Of a stretch of 43,555 nucleotides of DNA, positions 1-9,078 are shown piece after piece. Source of the stretch: Deltaproteobacteria bacterium (lineage in GTDB: Bacteria > Desulfobacterota > Binatia > UBA12015); contig JAYGCM010000036.1 in the NCBI GenBank assembly GCA_046583355.1, forward strand, positions 1 through 43,555, read 5' to 3'. Below the pieces are notes generated by a model that did not search any database, was not told where the DNA came from, and saw only the letters and a program-made list of their open reading frames with translations. Every line of letters starts with the position of its first letter. The first letter of the stretch is position 1. The position numbers were made by a program, and so were the translations under genes.

Positions 1-1
1 C

Positions 2-481
2 CATCGTATGACCGATGAATTGCGCGCGGATGAATTCCTGCGGATGCCAATCCCAATCGTAAGACGGATCGCCGCCGGCGCCGTGGATCGCTATGGCACC
101 ACCGCCCTCGCGCAGCCAATCCTGCCAGGCCTTCTTCTGCTCCTCGTTCAACGTATCGCCGCTGGTATTGTTCCAGACGACGACATCAAAGCGGGCGAGG
201 TCCTGCCGATTGAAAACGGCGCCATTCTCGGTTGCGAAGACCGACAGGCCGCGCTCCTGGCCGAGTCGCGCAAAGAGTTCATGGGCAGCCGGGATTGCCT
301 CCTCGTGGCGCCAGCCGTTGGTCTTGGAGAAGACAAGCATGGCCGGAGAAGAAAGGTCCACCGGTAGCTGTGGTGGCGTTGTTTCGTAGGTGCGGCTCGG
401 AAAAAAGACCCTCCAGGCCGAGCAGCCGGAGAGGAAAATACAGCCGGCCGCCAGCAACATGATCGAAGTCCGGAATTTCAT
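2..481 (-). CDS. ThuA-like domain lipoprotein (trehalose utilization / class I GATase-like fold), 3' end runs off the window
   Basis: Not in the ORF track (no stop in window). Manual translation from ATG at 481: MKFRTSIMLLAAGCIFLSGC (lipobox LSGC)...MLVFSKTNGWRHEEAIPAA...FDVVVWNNTSGDTLNEEQKKAWQDWLREGGGAIAIHGAG, typical ThuA-like motifs. Start overlaps the GMC stop (TGATG). Confidence 0.85.
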   Translation of the reverse strand, partial: MKFRTSIMLLAAGCIFLSGCSAWRVFFPSRTYETTPPQLPVDLSSPAMLVFSKTNGWRHEEAIPAAHELFARLGQERGLSVFATENGAVFNRQDLARFDVVVWNNTSGDTLNEEQKKAWQDWLREGGGAIAIHGAGGDPSYDWDWHPQEFIRAQFIGHTM

Positions 482-2169
482 CAGGTAAATTTCCTTTTCA
501 CATTCTCTGCCGCATGTTTCGCTGCGCGCGCCGTCAGGGCCATCCAGGTGAGCGAGGGATTCTGCCATGCAGCTGAGGTCATGCACGAGCCGTCCGTCAC
601 ATAAACATTCGGTACATCATGCGTCTGGTTCCAGGCGTTCAATGCCGAGGTTGCCGAATCGCGACCCATGCGCGCCGTGCCCATTTCGTGAATCCCGGCG
701 CCGGGATCACTCATCTCCTCGCTGGTCTGGATCATGACCGCACCGGAAGCTTCGAGCATCGCCTTGGCCTCGGCCGCCATATCCTGCCGCATCACGCGCT
801 CGTTCTCACCCCACGCCATATCGATATGCGGCTGCGGAATTCCCCAACGATCCTTCCGCGCCGGGTCGAGCGTGACGCGATTGGTCACGTAGGGCAGGCA
901 CTCGCCGAAGCCGGAGAAGCTCATCATCCACGGCTTCGGCCCGAGCAGCGCAGCCTTCCAATCGGCGCCTACGCCAGGCAGGCTCAACCCCATCTCCCAG
1001 CCCGGCTGCGTGCCGCGCCCCTGGTAGCCGTAGCCGCGGATGAAATCCGGATGGCTTTCGCCCCCGCTCAGGTTACGGAACCGCGGCACATAGATGCCGT
1101 TGGGCCGGTTGCCGAATTCCTCACTGCCGCGCACGGTCGGCAGCAGACCCATGCCGGAGAGACCGAGGTGGTGGTCCATCAGATAGCGGCCGACGACACC
1201 GCTGGAATTGGCGAATCCGGTCGGAAAAGATTCCGAAGTTGAGTGCAGGAGGAGTTGCGCCGTCGGAATCGTCGAGGCGCAGAGGAAGAGCATGCCGGCG
1301 CCGATTATGCGGCGCGTGCCGGTTTTCGTATCGACTACGGCGACGCCGGTGGCGCGGTTCGTATCGGCGTCGTATTCGATGCGCTCGACGAGGGTATCGG
1401 TGAGCGTCGTGAGGCGACCCGTCGCCTGCGCCGCCGGCAGCGTCGAACTCTGGGTGGAGAAATACGAGCCGGTCGAGCAACCCTGGTGGCAGGGCCCGCA
1501 ATAATGGCACGCGGCCCGGTCGCCGAGCGGCTCAGTGAGCACCGCCACACGACCGATCGTCATGCGCCGGTCGGAAAATTTCTCTGCGATCTTTTTTCGG
1601 ACGTGCGCCTCTGCACAATTGAATTGCATCGGCTTCTGGAAACGGCCGTCGGGCAGCTGCGGCAGCCCCTCGGCCTGACCGCTCACGCCGATGAAGGACT
1701 CGACATGGTCGTACCAGGGCGCGATATCCGCGTAGCGAATGGGCCAGTCGACGCCGTGACCGTCCTGCGCATTCGCCGCGAAATCGAGATCACTCAGGCG
1801 GTAGACCTGACGACCCCAGAGAAGCGAGCGACCGCCGAAACCGCCACTGCGATGCCAGGCGAATTTCTTGCCCTCCGGGTGCGTATAGGGCACATCCTTG
1901 TCCTTGGCCCAGAAGGATTCATTGCCTTCGCTGAAGGCGTAGACCTGTGAATTGCGCGGATAATCCCGCAGGGCAGCCTGCCTATCGCCGCGGCCGCGGA
2001 AGGCCTGCTCCCAGGGCGCCTTATGCTCACCCTTGTAATCGACGCCGTGCTCGACCGGATGGCCGCGCTCGATCATCAGAACCGTGAGGCCGCGCTCGGT
2101 GAGTTCCTTGGCCGCCCAGCCGCCCGTGATGCCGGATCCGACGACAATCGCATCCACCGTGGCCAGCAT
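481..2169 (-). CDS. GMC family FAD oxidoreductase, glycoside 3-dehydrogenase / gluconate 2-dehydrogenase-like flavoprotein subunit
   Basis: N-terminal Rossmann VGSGITGGWAAKEL; Cys cluster CHYCGPCHQGC (Fe-S); C-terminal IHEMGTARMG and QNPSLT active-site motifs. Confidence 0.92.
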   Translation of the reverse strand: MLATVDAIVVGSGITGGWAAKELTERGLTVLMIERGHPVEHGVDYKGEHKAPWEQAFRGRGDRQAALRDYPRNSQVYAFSEGNESFWAKDKDVPYTHPEGKKFAWHRSGGFGGRSLLWGRQVYRLSDLDFAANAQDGHGVDWPIRYADIAPWYDHVESFIGVSGQAEGLPQLPDGRFQKPMQFNCAEAHVRKKIAEKFSDRRMTIGRVAVLTEPLGDRAACHYCGPCHQGCSTGSYFSTQSSTLPAAQATGRLTTLTDTLVERIEYDADTNRATGVAVVDTKTGTRRIIGAGMLFLCASTIPTAQLLLHSTSESFPTGFANSSGVVGRYLMDHHLGLSGMGLLPTVRGSEEFGNRPNGIYVPRFRNLSGGESHPDFIRGYGYQGRGTQPGWEMGLSLPGVGADWKAALLGPKPWMMSFSGFGECLPYVTNRVTLDPARKDRWGIPQPHIDMAWGENERVMRQDMAAEAKAMLEASGAVMIQTSEEMSDPGAGIHEMGTARMGRDSATSALNAWNQTHDVPNVYVTDGSCMTSAAWQNPSLTWMALTARAAKHAAENVKRKFT

Positions 2170-2762
2170 CAGGACACGCTCGCGGCGATGGGGATACAGC
2201 CATCATGACGGCCAGGAATGATCTCGAAGCCTCCGGCCAGATCGGCGCCCACCTTGGATGTGAAGAAACCGACCAGAGTCATCTCTTTCATGGCAAGAAT
2301 AAAATGCGGCTGCGGTTTCTTTGCCATATACGCCACCACTGCGGCACCGAACGCTCCGGACCCGCCGGAGATCGTTTCGCCCTCGAGCCTCTGCAGAATC
2401 GCCAGCTCTTGTGCCGCATCGAGAGAGACGAAATCAGGCGCCCCAGCCTCAAGCGCGAGCGCGTCGAGCCGCGCGAGCCCGGCGAGGAAGGCCTCGCGTT
2501 CCTCGGTCGCGTACCAATCGGCCACCATCATCTCGACGAAATCCGGCACACCGGCGGCGCGCGCGCCCGGAGTATCGGTCGCGGGCAGGATCAACTCGGT
2601 CACGGTCTCAACCAAGGCACGCTGGGCCTTCGTGAAAAGCGGTGCCGCTGCCGCATGAGCCGTGCCGCCACCTTCCCCCGCAAGAAACGCGAGACTCGGC
2701 GCGGAGAGAGTGCCGCCTGCGAGTAGGCTCATCTTGGTCAAGAAACTTCTTCGATCGATCAT
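2169..2762 (-). CDS. Gluconate 2-dehydrogenase subunit 3 family protein (Tat-exported small subunit of the GMC enzyme)
   Basis: Twin-arginine signal MIDRRSFL; ILPATDTPGARAAGVPDF and KEMTLVGFFTS motifs; GGAGG RBS upstream of ATG 2762 (track's longer start rejected); coupled to GMC gene by TGATG overlap. Confidence 0.88.
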   Translation of the reverse strand: MIDRRSFLTKMSLLAGGTLSAPSLAFLAGEGGGTAHAAAAPLFTKAQRALVETVTELILPATDTPGARAAGVPDFVEMMVADWYATEEREAFLAGLARLDALALEAGAPDFVSLDAAQELAILQRLEGETISGGSGAFGAAVVAYMAKKPQPHFILAMKEMTLVGFFTSKVGADLAGGFEIIPGRHDGCIPIAASVS

Positions 2763-2846
2763 GCGGATCCTCCGATACGATTGATCCTCATGAGCCATCG
2801 CCACCCCGTCAACCCGTGCGGGACAGATCGTGGCTCGAGCGGTTCC

Positions 2847-2878
2847 GAAATTTCGCAAACTATTTAAGAAATCTCCCA
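2847..2878. promoter_or_regulatory. Putative XylR (AraC-type) tandem binding half-sites in divergent promoter region
   Basis: GAAATTTCGCA (2847) and GAAATCTCCCA (2868): 9/11 identical direct repeats with 21-bp period in an AT-rich patch between divergent operons; xylR-like gene at 6231. Confidence 0.45.
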
Positions 2879-2975
2879 GAGGGCTACACTTTGTCTCGAC
2901 CATGGATGGATTGGTGGCGAATGCGCGGCATAGTCCACCCATGCTCCGGCGAGAGAACAACGACGAGGTGTATGA

Positions 2976-3845
2976 ATGAAGATCGGCATCAATCTCATGC
3001 TCTGGACGGACGACCCGACCGACCAGGCGCTCTGGCCGCTCTTCGAGCGAATCCGCCAGATCGGTTTTGACGGCGTCGAATTACCGATCTTCTCACACGA
3101 CCAGAAGGCCTGGGCGAAACTCGGTCGCCATCTCGACGATCTCGGCCTCGAACGTACCGCATGCACCGTATGCAATGCCGAGACCGACCCGATTTCGTCG
3201 GACCCCGCGATCCGCGCCGCCGCTGTTCAGGAGCTGAAGGCAACAATCGACAGCTGCGCGGCCGTCGGCGCCGAGCTGCTCTGCGGTCCGCTCTATGCAG
3301 CCATCGGCCGCTTCTCCGGCGAGCGGCCGACCGAAGGAGAGTTCGCGCGCGCCGCCGACGTCGTCCGCGAGGTCGCCGGCTACGCAGACAAGCGCAATAT
3401 TGACCTCGCCCTGGAGTTCCTCAACCGCTTCGAGATCTACCTCGTGAACCACGCGGCGGAGGCGGCCCGCCTCGCCGCTGCCATTGACCAACCCAATGTC
3501 GGCATCCATTACGATACCTTTCACGCCCATATCGAAGAGAAGGACCCGGCCGCAGCGATTGCCGCCTGCCGCCCCTGGCTGCGCCACGTCCACATCGCCG
3601 AGAACGATCGCAGTACGCCGGGCCGCGGCCAGGTACGCTGGGATGAGACATTCGATGCTCTACAGGCCGCCGACTACGACGGCTGGCTCACCATTGAAGC
3701 CTTCGGCGGTTCGCTACCGAAGATCGCCGCAGCGACAAAAATCTGGCGCTCCATGTTCGCCGACGAAATGCAACTCGCGGAAGAAGGCCACCGCTTCATC
3801 GATCGCGAATGGAAGAAACGCGCCACCACAGGAGACGCAAAATGA
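2976..3845 (+). CDS. Sugar phosphate isomerase/epimerase family (D-psicose/D-tagatose/L-ribulose 3-epimerase-like TIM barrel)
   Basis: Metal/catalytic motifs LEFLNRFE, YDTFHAHIEE, HVHIAENDR, TIEAF. Confidence 0.9.
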   Translation: MKIGINLMLWTDDPTDQALWPLFERIRQIGFDGVELPIFSHDQKAWAKLGRHLDDLGLERTACTVCNAETDPISSDPAIRAAAVQELKATIDSCAAVGAELLCGPLYAAIGRFSGERPTEGEFARAADVVREVAGYADKRNIDLALEFLNRFEIYLVNHAAEAARLAAAIDQPNVGIHYDTFHAHIEEKDPAAAIAACRPWLRHVHIAENDRSTPGRGQVRWDETFDALQAADYDGWLTIEAFGGSLPKIAAATKIWRSMFADEMQLAEEGHRFIDREWKKRATTGDAK

Positions 3846-6211
3846 AACGATTTCTATCGACGAACCTGATTCTATCAATGGTCCTGATGGCGCCCGCCGT
3901 CACAGCGGCCGAGGACGATGCTGGTGCAACCCGGGCGCGCGAGGCATTGGCGAGCGCGGAGACGCCTCCGGGGCTGTCGCGCCCGGCCACGAAGCGGATC
4001 GAGGAAATCGTCGTCAGCGCTCGCAAGCGCGACGAATTGATCGAGGACACGCCGGTTTCGATCACTGCCCTGAGTGCGGACACGCTGCGCGAGAGCGGCG
4101 TCACGCGCCTTAGTGATATCCAGGATCTGGTGCCAAACCTTGAATTCCGCCAGGGCCGCGACGGCCTCACCGCCGGCGTCTCGATCCGCGGCATTGGCAC
4201 GGCTACGCCCGAACTCGCCTTCGACCCCGGTGTCGGCATCTACATCGACGGCGTCTACCTGCCGCGCGCGCTCGGCTCGATCGTCGATGTGCTCGATGTG
4301 GCCCAGATCGAAGTTCTGCGCGGCCCGCAGGGAACCCTCTTCGGCAAAAACACCGTTGGCGGGGCGATCAATATGACAACCGTCAAGCCACACGAAGAGC
4401 CCGAAGCATTCGCCTTGCTGCGCGCCGGCAACTTCGGCCTCTTCTCCAGCGAGGCGATGCTCAACGTGCCGATCGTCGAGGACTGGCTACTCTCGCGCAT
4501 CTCCTTCTCGTCAACGAATACAGACGGCTACTTCGAGAATACCGCGCAAGGCTTCCATTCCTCCAACCGCAACTCTCTGGCCTTCCTCGGCTCATTACGC
4601 TTGCTGCCGCATGAAGACGTGGTGATCGACGTATCGGGCTCGTGGGCACGCAGCCGCAACCACAGCCAGGGCGCCCAATGCCGCTTCGAAGGCGGTGGCA
4701 GCCTCGAATCCCTCTTCTCCCCGGCGTTGCAGGAGGCATGCGACGAGAGCGAACCCTTGCGCGGCGCGACCAACGTGCGGCCGGAAGCGCATCTCGAGAG
4801 CTACGGCATGTGGGGCACCGCCACCTGGTCGGCCGGCGAGACCGGCCCGCTCGACGACCTCTCGGTAAAAGCGCTGGGCTCCTGGCGCACCCAGAAGCCA
4901 CGCGTCCAGGAAGATGTCGACGGAACCCCGGTGAGCGTCGTGCAGATCTCGGATCTCGGCGGCGGCGACCCGCTCAGCGGCTCGCCCGGATACCAAGAGC
5001 AATATTCGGGTGAGTTGCAGGTAAACGCAGAGGCCTGGGACGAACGCCTGCATATCGTCGGGGGCTATTTTGCGCTGTGGGAGACAGCGCGCAACGGGCG
5101 TGTGACGACGACCGGACCCACCCCGGGCCAGACCAACCCGCTGCGGGTCAGCCAGGCGACGACCACGATCGACAATTGGACGTGGGCCCTCTACGCCCAG
5201 GCCACCGCCGACGTGACCGAATGGATGAGCCTCACAGCGGGCCTGCGCTACACCGAGGACAAGAAGGGCTCGACGCTCCGGATCACCGACCCGCGCTTCC
5301 TCGATCAGCCGGCGTCGGCAGACAGCCAGGGACGCGCCATCTTCACGCGTTTCACGCCCATGGGGAGCCTCGCGCTCACCGTGCCCGAGCACCTCCTGGA
5401 CGATATCGCCATCGATCATCTGATGGGCTATTTCACCTACGCGCAGGGCTTCCGCGGCGGCGGCTTCAATGCCCTCAGCGCCGGCACCGACGACCTCGCG
5501 CCCTTCGGCCCCGAGCTGCTCGATAATTTCGAAGTCGGCCTCAAGACCATCGCCCTCGACCAGCGCCTCACCTTCAACCTCTCGGCGTTCTACGGGATCT
5601 ATGATGATATTCAGGTTGTGACGGTCGAGGCCGTGTCCGACCCGAGCGCGCCCACCGGCATCAATATCATTCGCCTCACGCGCAACGCCGCCGACGCAAC
5701 GACTCGCGGGGTCGAACTCGAATTCACGGCCCTGCCGCTCGAAGGGCTGCAGATCAGCGGCTCGATCGGTCTGCTGGATGCGCGCTACGGCACCTATATC
5801 ATTCCGAATCCATCGAGCCCGGGCGAGAGTGACGACCTGAGCGGAGATCGCTTCGCCAACCTCCCGGAGCTCCAGACTTTCCTCGCCGTGCAATATTCGT
5901 TTCCCATCGAAACCGGCATCCGCGATCTCGACGGCTGGATGACACCGCGACTGGAGTGGGCCTACGAGAGCAGAATGGAATTCAACGGACCCGATAGCCC
6001 GGATTTCATCCAGCAGGGCGTGAATCTGATCAATGCTCGCCTCTCCTACTCTTGTCTCGATGACCGGGCGCAAATCGCCCTCTTCGCGCGCAACCTCCTG
6101 AGCGAAGAATATTTCGCCACCGTTCTGCCGCTGACCTCGGTCTTCGGCAGCGGCACGCGCTTCTTCGCACCGCCGCGCACATGGGGCGGCGAAATCAGCT
6201 ATCGATTCTGA
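3842..6211 (+). CDS. TonB-dependent receptor
   Basis: Signal peptide from MKRFLST (ATGA overlap with upstream stop); EEIVVSARKR; plug motif IEVLRGPQGTLFGKNTVGGAIN; C-terminal beta strand ending YRF. Confidence 0.93.
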   Translation: MKRFLSTNLILSMVLMAPAVTAAEDDAGATRAREALASAETPPGLSRPATKRIEEIVVSARKRDELIEDTPVSITALSADTLRESGVTRLSDIQDLVPNLEFRQGRDGLTAGVSIRGIGTATPELAFDPGVGIYIDGVYLPRALGSIVDVLDVAQIEVLRGPQGTLFGKNTVGGAINMTTVKPHEEPEAFALLRAGNFGLFSSEAMLNVPIVEDWLLSRISFSSTNTDGYFENTAQGFHSSNRNSLAFLGSLRLLPHEDVVIDVSGSWARSRNHSQGAQCRFEGGGSLESLFSPALQEACDESEPLRGATNVRPEAHLESYGMWGTATWSAGETGPLDDLSVKALGSWRTQKPRVQEDVDGTPVSVVQISDLGGGDPLSGSPGYQEQYSGELQVNAEAWDERLHIVGGYFALWETARNGRVTTTGPTPGQTNPLRVSQATTTIDNWTWALYAQATADVTEWMSLTAGLRYTEDKKGSTLRITDPRFLDQPASADSQGRAIFTRFTPMGSLALTVPEHLLDDIAIDHLMGYFTYAQGFRGGGFNALSAGTDDLAPFGPELLDNFEVGLKTIALDQRLTFNLSAFYGIYDDIQVVTVEAVSDPSAPTGINIIRLTRNAADATTRGVELEFTALPLEGLQISGSIGLLDARYGTYIIPNPSSPGESDDLSGDRFANLPELQTFLAVQYSFPIETGIRDLDGWMTPRLEWAYESRMEFNGPDSPDFIQQGVNLINARLSYSCLDDRAQIALFARNLLSEEYFATVLPLTSVFGSGTRFFAPPRTWGGEISYRF

Positions 6212-6230
6212 CAGCCGCGAGGGAACAGGA

Positions 6231-7406
6231 ATGAGTCGCAAGGAGAAAAAAGTCGCGCTCGTCATCGACGCGCATAAACCCTTCGACCGCCAGATTCTGG
6301 CCGGTGTCGCGCGCTTCGTTCGTGCCAAGCCGGACTGGCAGATCTACGTCGAGGGCGACCCGGAGCTACGCGTGCCCGACCTGCGCCACTGGCGCGGCGA
6401 CGGCATCCTGGCCAACCTCGACGATGCGGAACTGACCGTCGAGCTCGCCGCCTCGGGAATTCCCCTGGTCGGCATTGGCGGGGCGGCCACAATGACGGAC
6501 CTCGCCGTCCCCGTGCCCTATGTGGCGACGGATAATGTCGCAGTCGGGCGACTTGCGGCCGAGCACCTGCTCGAGCGCGGTTTCCGTTCCTTCGCCTACC
6601 TCGGCACCCGCCGCTCGACAGCCGCGCCATGGTCGCGGGTCCGCCAGGAAGCCTTCGCCGCACGCGTCGAGAAGGTCGGTGCCACCTGCGCGACCCATAT
6701 CGGCCGCCACGCGCCGCGCAATTGGGAGGCGATGCAGCGCGACCTCACGAGCTGGCTGCGCTCCCTGCCCCGCCCCGTCGGCATCATGGCGTGCAACGAC
6801 GCCCGCGCGCACCACCTCCTCGAAGCCTGTCGGCGACTCAACATTGACGTGCCCGACGAAGTCGCGGTGATCGGCACGGACGACGACGAATTGCTCTGCG
6901 AGTTGGCGAAGCCTCCGCTCAGCAGCGTGCACCAGGGTACCGAGCGAATTGGCGAGGCGGCCGCGGCCATGCTTGACGGGCTCATGCAGGGCCGGTTGCC
7001 CGAGACGCTCTTCGCCATAATGCCGCCGCGCGGCATCTCGACGCGTGCCTCGACCGATATCGTCGCCCACCCGAACTCCCAGATCGCACACGCAGTGGCG
7101 TTCATTCGCGACCACCTGGCCGACCGGCTCCGCGTCCACACGGTCGCCCGACACGTCGCGATGTCGCGCTCGTCGCTGGACGAGCGATTCCGCGACCAAC
7201 TCGGCACCACCGTGCATGCCTTCATCGAGAAGGAACGCCTCGCCCGTGCGCGCCACCTTCTGACGTCCACGGCGCTGCCGCAAAAGGCGATTGCCTTCGA
7301 GGCGGGCTTCGCCAGCGAGCAATATATGAGCGCCTGCTTCCGGCGCGCTTTCGGCTTCCCCCCCGGCCGCTTCCGCCAGCCCGAAAACCCCGCAAAAAGC
7401 ACCTGA
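6231..7406 (+). CDS. xylR: XylR-type transcriptional regulator (periplasmic-binding-fold sensor + C-terminal AraC HTH)
   Basis: VATDNVAVGRLAAEHLLERGF, GIMACNDARA, VPDEVAVIGTDDDELLCEL..PPLSSV; AraC tail IAFEAGFASEQYMSACFRRAFGFPPGRFR. Confidence 0.88.
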   Translation: MSRKEKKVALVIDAHKPFDRQILAGVARFVRAKPDWQIYVEGDPELRVPDLRHWRGDGILANLDDAELTVELAASGIPLVGIGGAATMTDLAVPVPYVATDNVAVGRLAAEHLLERGFRSFAYLGTRRSTAAPWSRVRQEAFAARVEKVGATCATHIGRHAPRNWEAMQRDLTSWLRSLPRPVGIMACNDARAHHLLEACRRLNIDVPDEVAVIGTDDDELLCELAKPPLSSVHQGTERIGEAAAAMLDGLMQGRLPETLFAIMPPRGISTRASTDIVAHPNSQIAHAVAFIRDHLADRLRVHTVARHVAMSRSSLDERFRDQLGTTVHAFIEKERLARARHLLTSTALPQKAIAFEAGFASEQYMSACFRRAFGFPPGRFRQPENPAKST

Positions 7407-7470
7407 AGATGGCCGACGCCGGAACTCCATGGCCGCTGAACTCAGCGCGTATGCGCGGCGGGATGCGGGC

Positions 7471-8349
7471 ATGAAGGCAACTGCGCTCATCGCCTCTCTC
7501 TTGCTCACCAGCCTGCTCTTTCACGCGCTCGCCGGGCACGCTCTCGGCACGGCCAGCGATACTCGCTCACTCTTCAACGGTCGAGATCTGGCGGGATGGG
7601 ACCGGTACCTCGGCATAGCCGAGGTACCGGCCCTTCCCTTCGACCTCTTCGGCACCTGGCCAGCACCACTGGGCCGAGGCGCCGATCCGGCCGATATCTT
7701 CTCGGTCGTGCAGGAAGATGGCGCGCCCGCCATCCGCATCTCGGGCGAAATCTGGGGTGCTCTGATCAGCCGGGAGAGCTTCGCCGATTACCACCTTCGT
7801 CTCGAATTCAAATGGGGCTCCGAGCGCTTCGCCCCACGTGACGCCGCTGCGAGAAATTCGGGCCTGCTCTACCATTCCACCGGCCCGGACGGTGCCTTCT
7901 GGAGCTATTGGATGCGCTCAGCCGAGTTCGAAATCATGGAAGGCCGGACGGGTGATTTCACCTCGGTCGACGGCGTCTCTGCAACCAGCCACACCCTATG
8001 GGATTTCGATGCCGGATTTCCCTGGCTACGCTACGCGGACACCGGCGGGCCGACGGACGTCGGTGGCGCCGCCTTCCGCATTGCCGCACGAAGCGATTTC
8101 GAGAGAGTACGGGGCGAGTGGAACCAACTCGATCTGGTCGTCTTTGGCAATAGCGTCGTCCATCTGGTGAACGGCGAAATCGTCTTTGTCGCCGAGGCAT
8201 TGGCGCATGAACCGGAAGGCCGCCGCCTGCCGCTATCGCGCGGCGCTCTCCAATTGCAATCAGAAGGCGCCGAAATCTTCTTCCGACGAATCGAATTACG
8301 CTCGATCACGTCCCTGCAGGACGGCCTGCAAGCGCATCCAGAGGAATAG
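7471..8349 (+). CDS. DUF1080 / 3-keto-disaccharide hydrolase family protein (exported)
   Basis: Signal peptide MKATALIASLLL; SLFNGRDLAGW, YHLRLEFKWG, RNSGLLYH, GEWNQLDL, LQSEGAEIFFRRIEL motifs. Alternative start at 7429. Confidence 0.88.
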   Translation: MKATALIASLLLTSLLFHALAGHALGTASDTRSLFNGRDLAGWDRYLGIAEVPALPFDLFGTWPAPLGRGADPADIFSVVQEDGAPAIRISGEIWGALISRESFADYHLRLEFKWGSERFAPRDAAARNSGLLYHSTGPDGAFWSYWMRSAEFEIMEGRTGDFTSVDGVSATSHTLWDFDAGFPWLRYADTGGPTDVGGAAFRIAARSDFERVRGEWNQLDLVVFGNSVVHLVNGEIVFVAEALAHEPEGRRLPLSRGALQLQSEGAEIFFRRIELRSITSLQDGLQAHPEE

Positions 8350-8352
8350 CTC

Positions 8353-9078
8353 ATGAAACTCTCGAACCTGATCCGAGTGGAATCCATCGTGCCCGACGCC
8401 GATCGGGCCCACGCCCTTGCCGCCGAACTCTTCGGCTCGGCCGAACCAGCCGCGCACTTCACGCGCACGGACGATGGCGGGCAGAAAAGCCGTGCCGCCA
8501 TGTTCGGCGCGACCATCGTGCGCTTCGTCGAACCCGACGCGACAGGCCCGCTGGCGGATTTCCTCGCGCAGCGCGGCCCCGGTGTGCGCAGTCTGCTCTT
8601 CGCGACCACAGATCTCGGCTCGGCGCGCATCGAGCTCGAGGCCGCCGGCATCGGCTATGAGACCAAAGCGCAGATCGAATCCGATCTCGTCGGCATCGGC
8701 GGCGAGCTGTTGACCGCCCGGACGACACCGTGGATCGGCGACGATGTCACGCAATTCTGCGAACCAACGGGCCAATTCCCCGGCTTCTCGTGGTGCGATC
8801 AGCTCGAGGCCACTGGTCCGGGCATGCACAACCTCACGTTTCTGGTGCGCTCGATGGGTGATATGATGACCGCCTTGGCGGCCGCGAAAATCGATGTTCC
8901 CTTGCAAGGTCAGATCCCCTGGGACCTCGTGATCGATGCCGCCGATGTCCGGCCCGATCTGGACGTCTTCTGCATCGCCGCAACCGCCGATACCTTCGGC
9001 TTCCACCTCGAACTCACTGAGAAATGGACGGAGAAAAAGTTGGGTATTCTGCACAAGCCGGTCTGGGGGATGAGCTGA
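8353..9078 (+). CDS. VOC/glyoxalase superfamily protein with two modules
   Basis: Two internal repeats resembling methylmalonyl-CoA epimerase-type VOC modules (GPLADFLAQRGPGVRSL and QLEATGPGMHNLTF); tight operon spacing. Confidence 0.55.
   Translation: MKLSNLIRVESIVPDADRAHALAAELFGSAEPAAHFTRTDDGGQKSRAAMFGATIVRFVEPDATGPLADFLAQRGPGVRSLLFATTDLGSARIELEAAGIGYETKAQIESDLVGIGGELLTARTTPWIGDDVTQFCEPTGQFPGFSWCDQLEATGPGMHNLTFLVRSMGDMMTALAAAKIDVPLQGQIPWDLVIDAADVRPDLDVFCIAATADTFGFHLELTEKWTEKKLGILHKPVWGMS

Noticed and set aside
8..367. Plus-strand 119-aa ORF at window start
   Set aside because: The minus strand encodes a clear ThuA-like protein coupled to the GMC operon.
4595..6328. 577-aa antisense ORF over the first TBDR
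   Set aside because: Shadow ORF of a GC-rich gene; no recognisable motifs, while the opposite strand is a clear TBDR.
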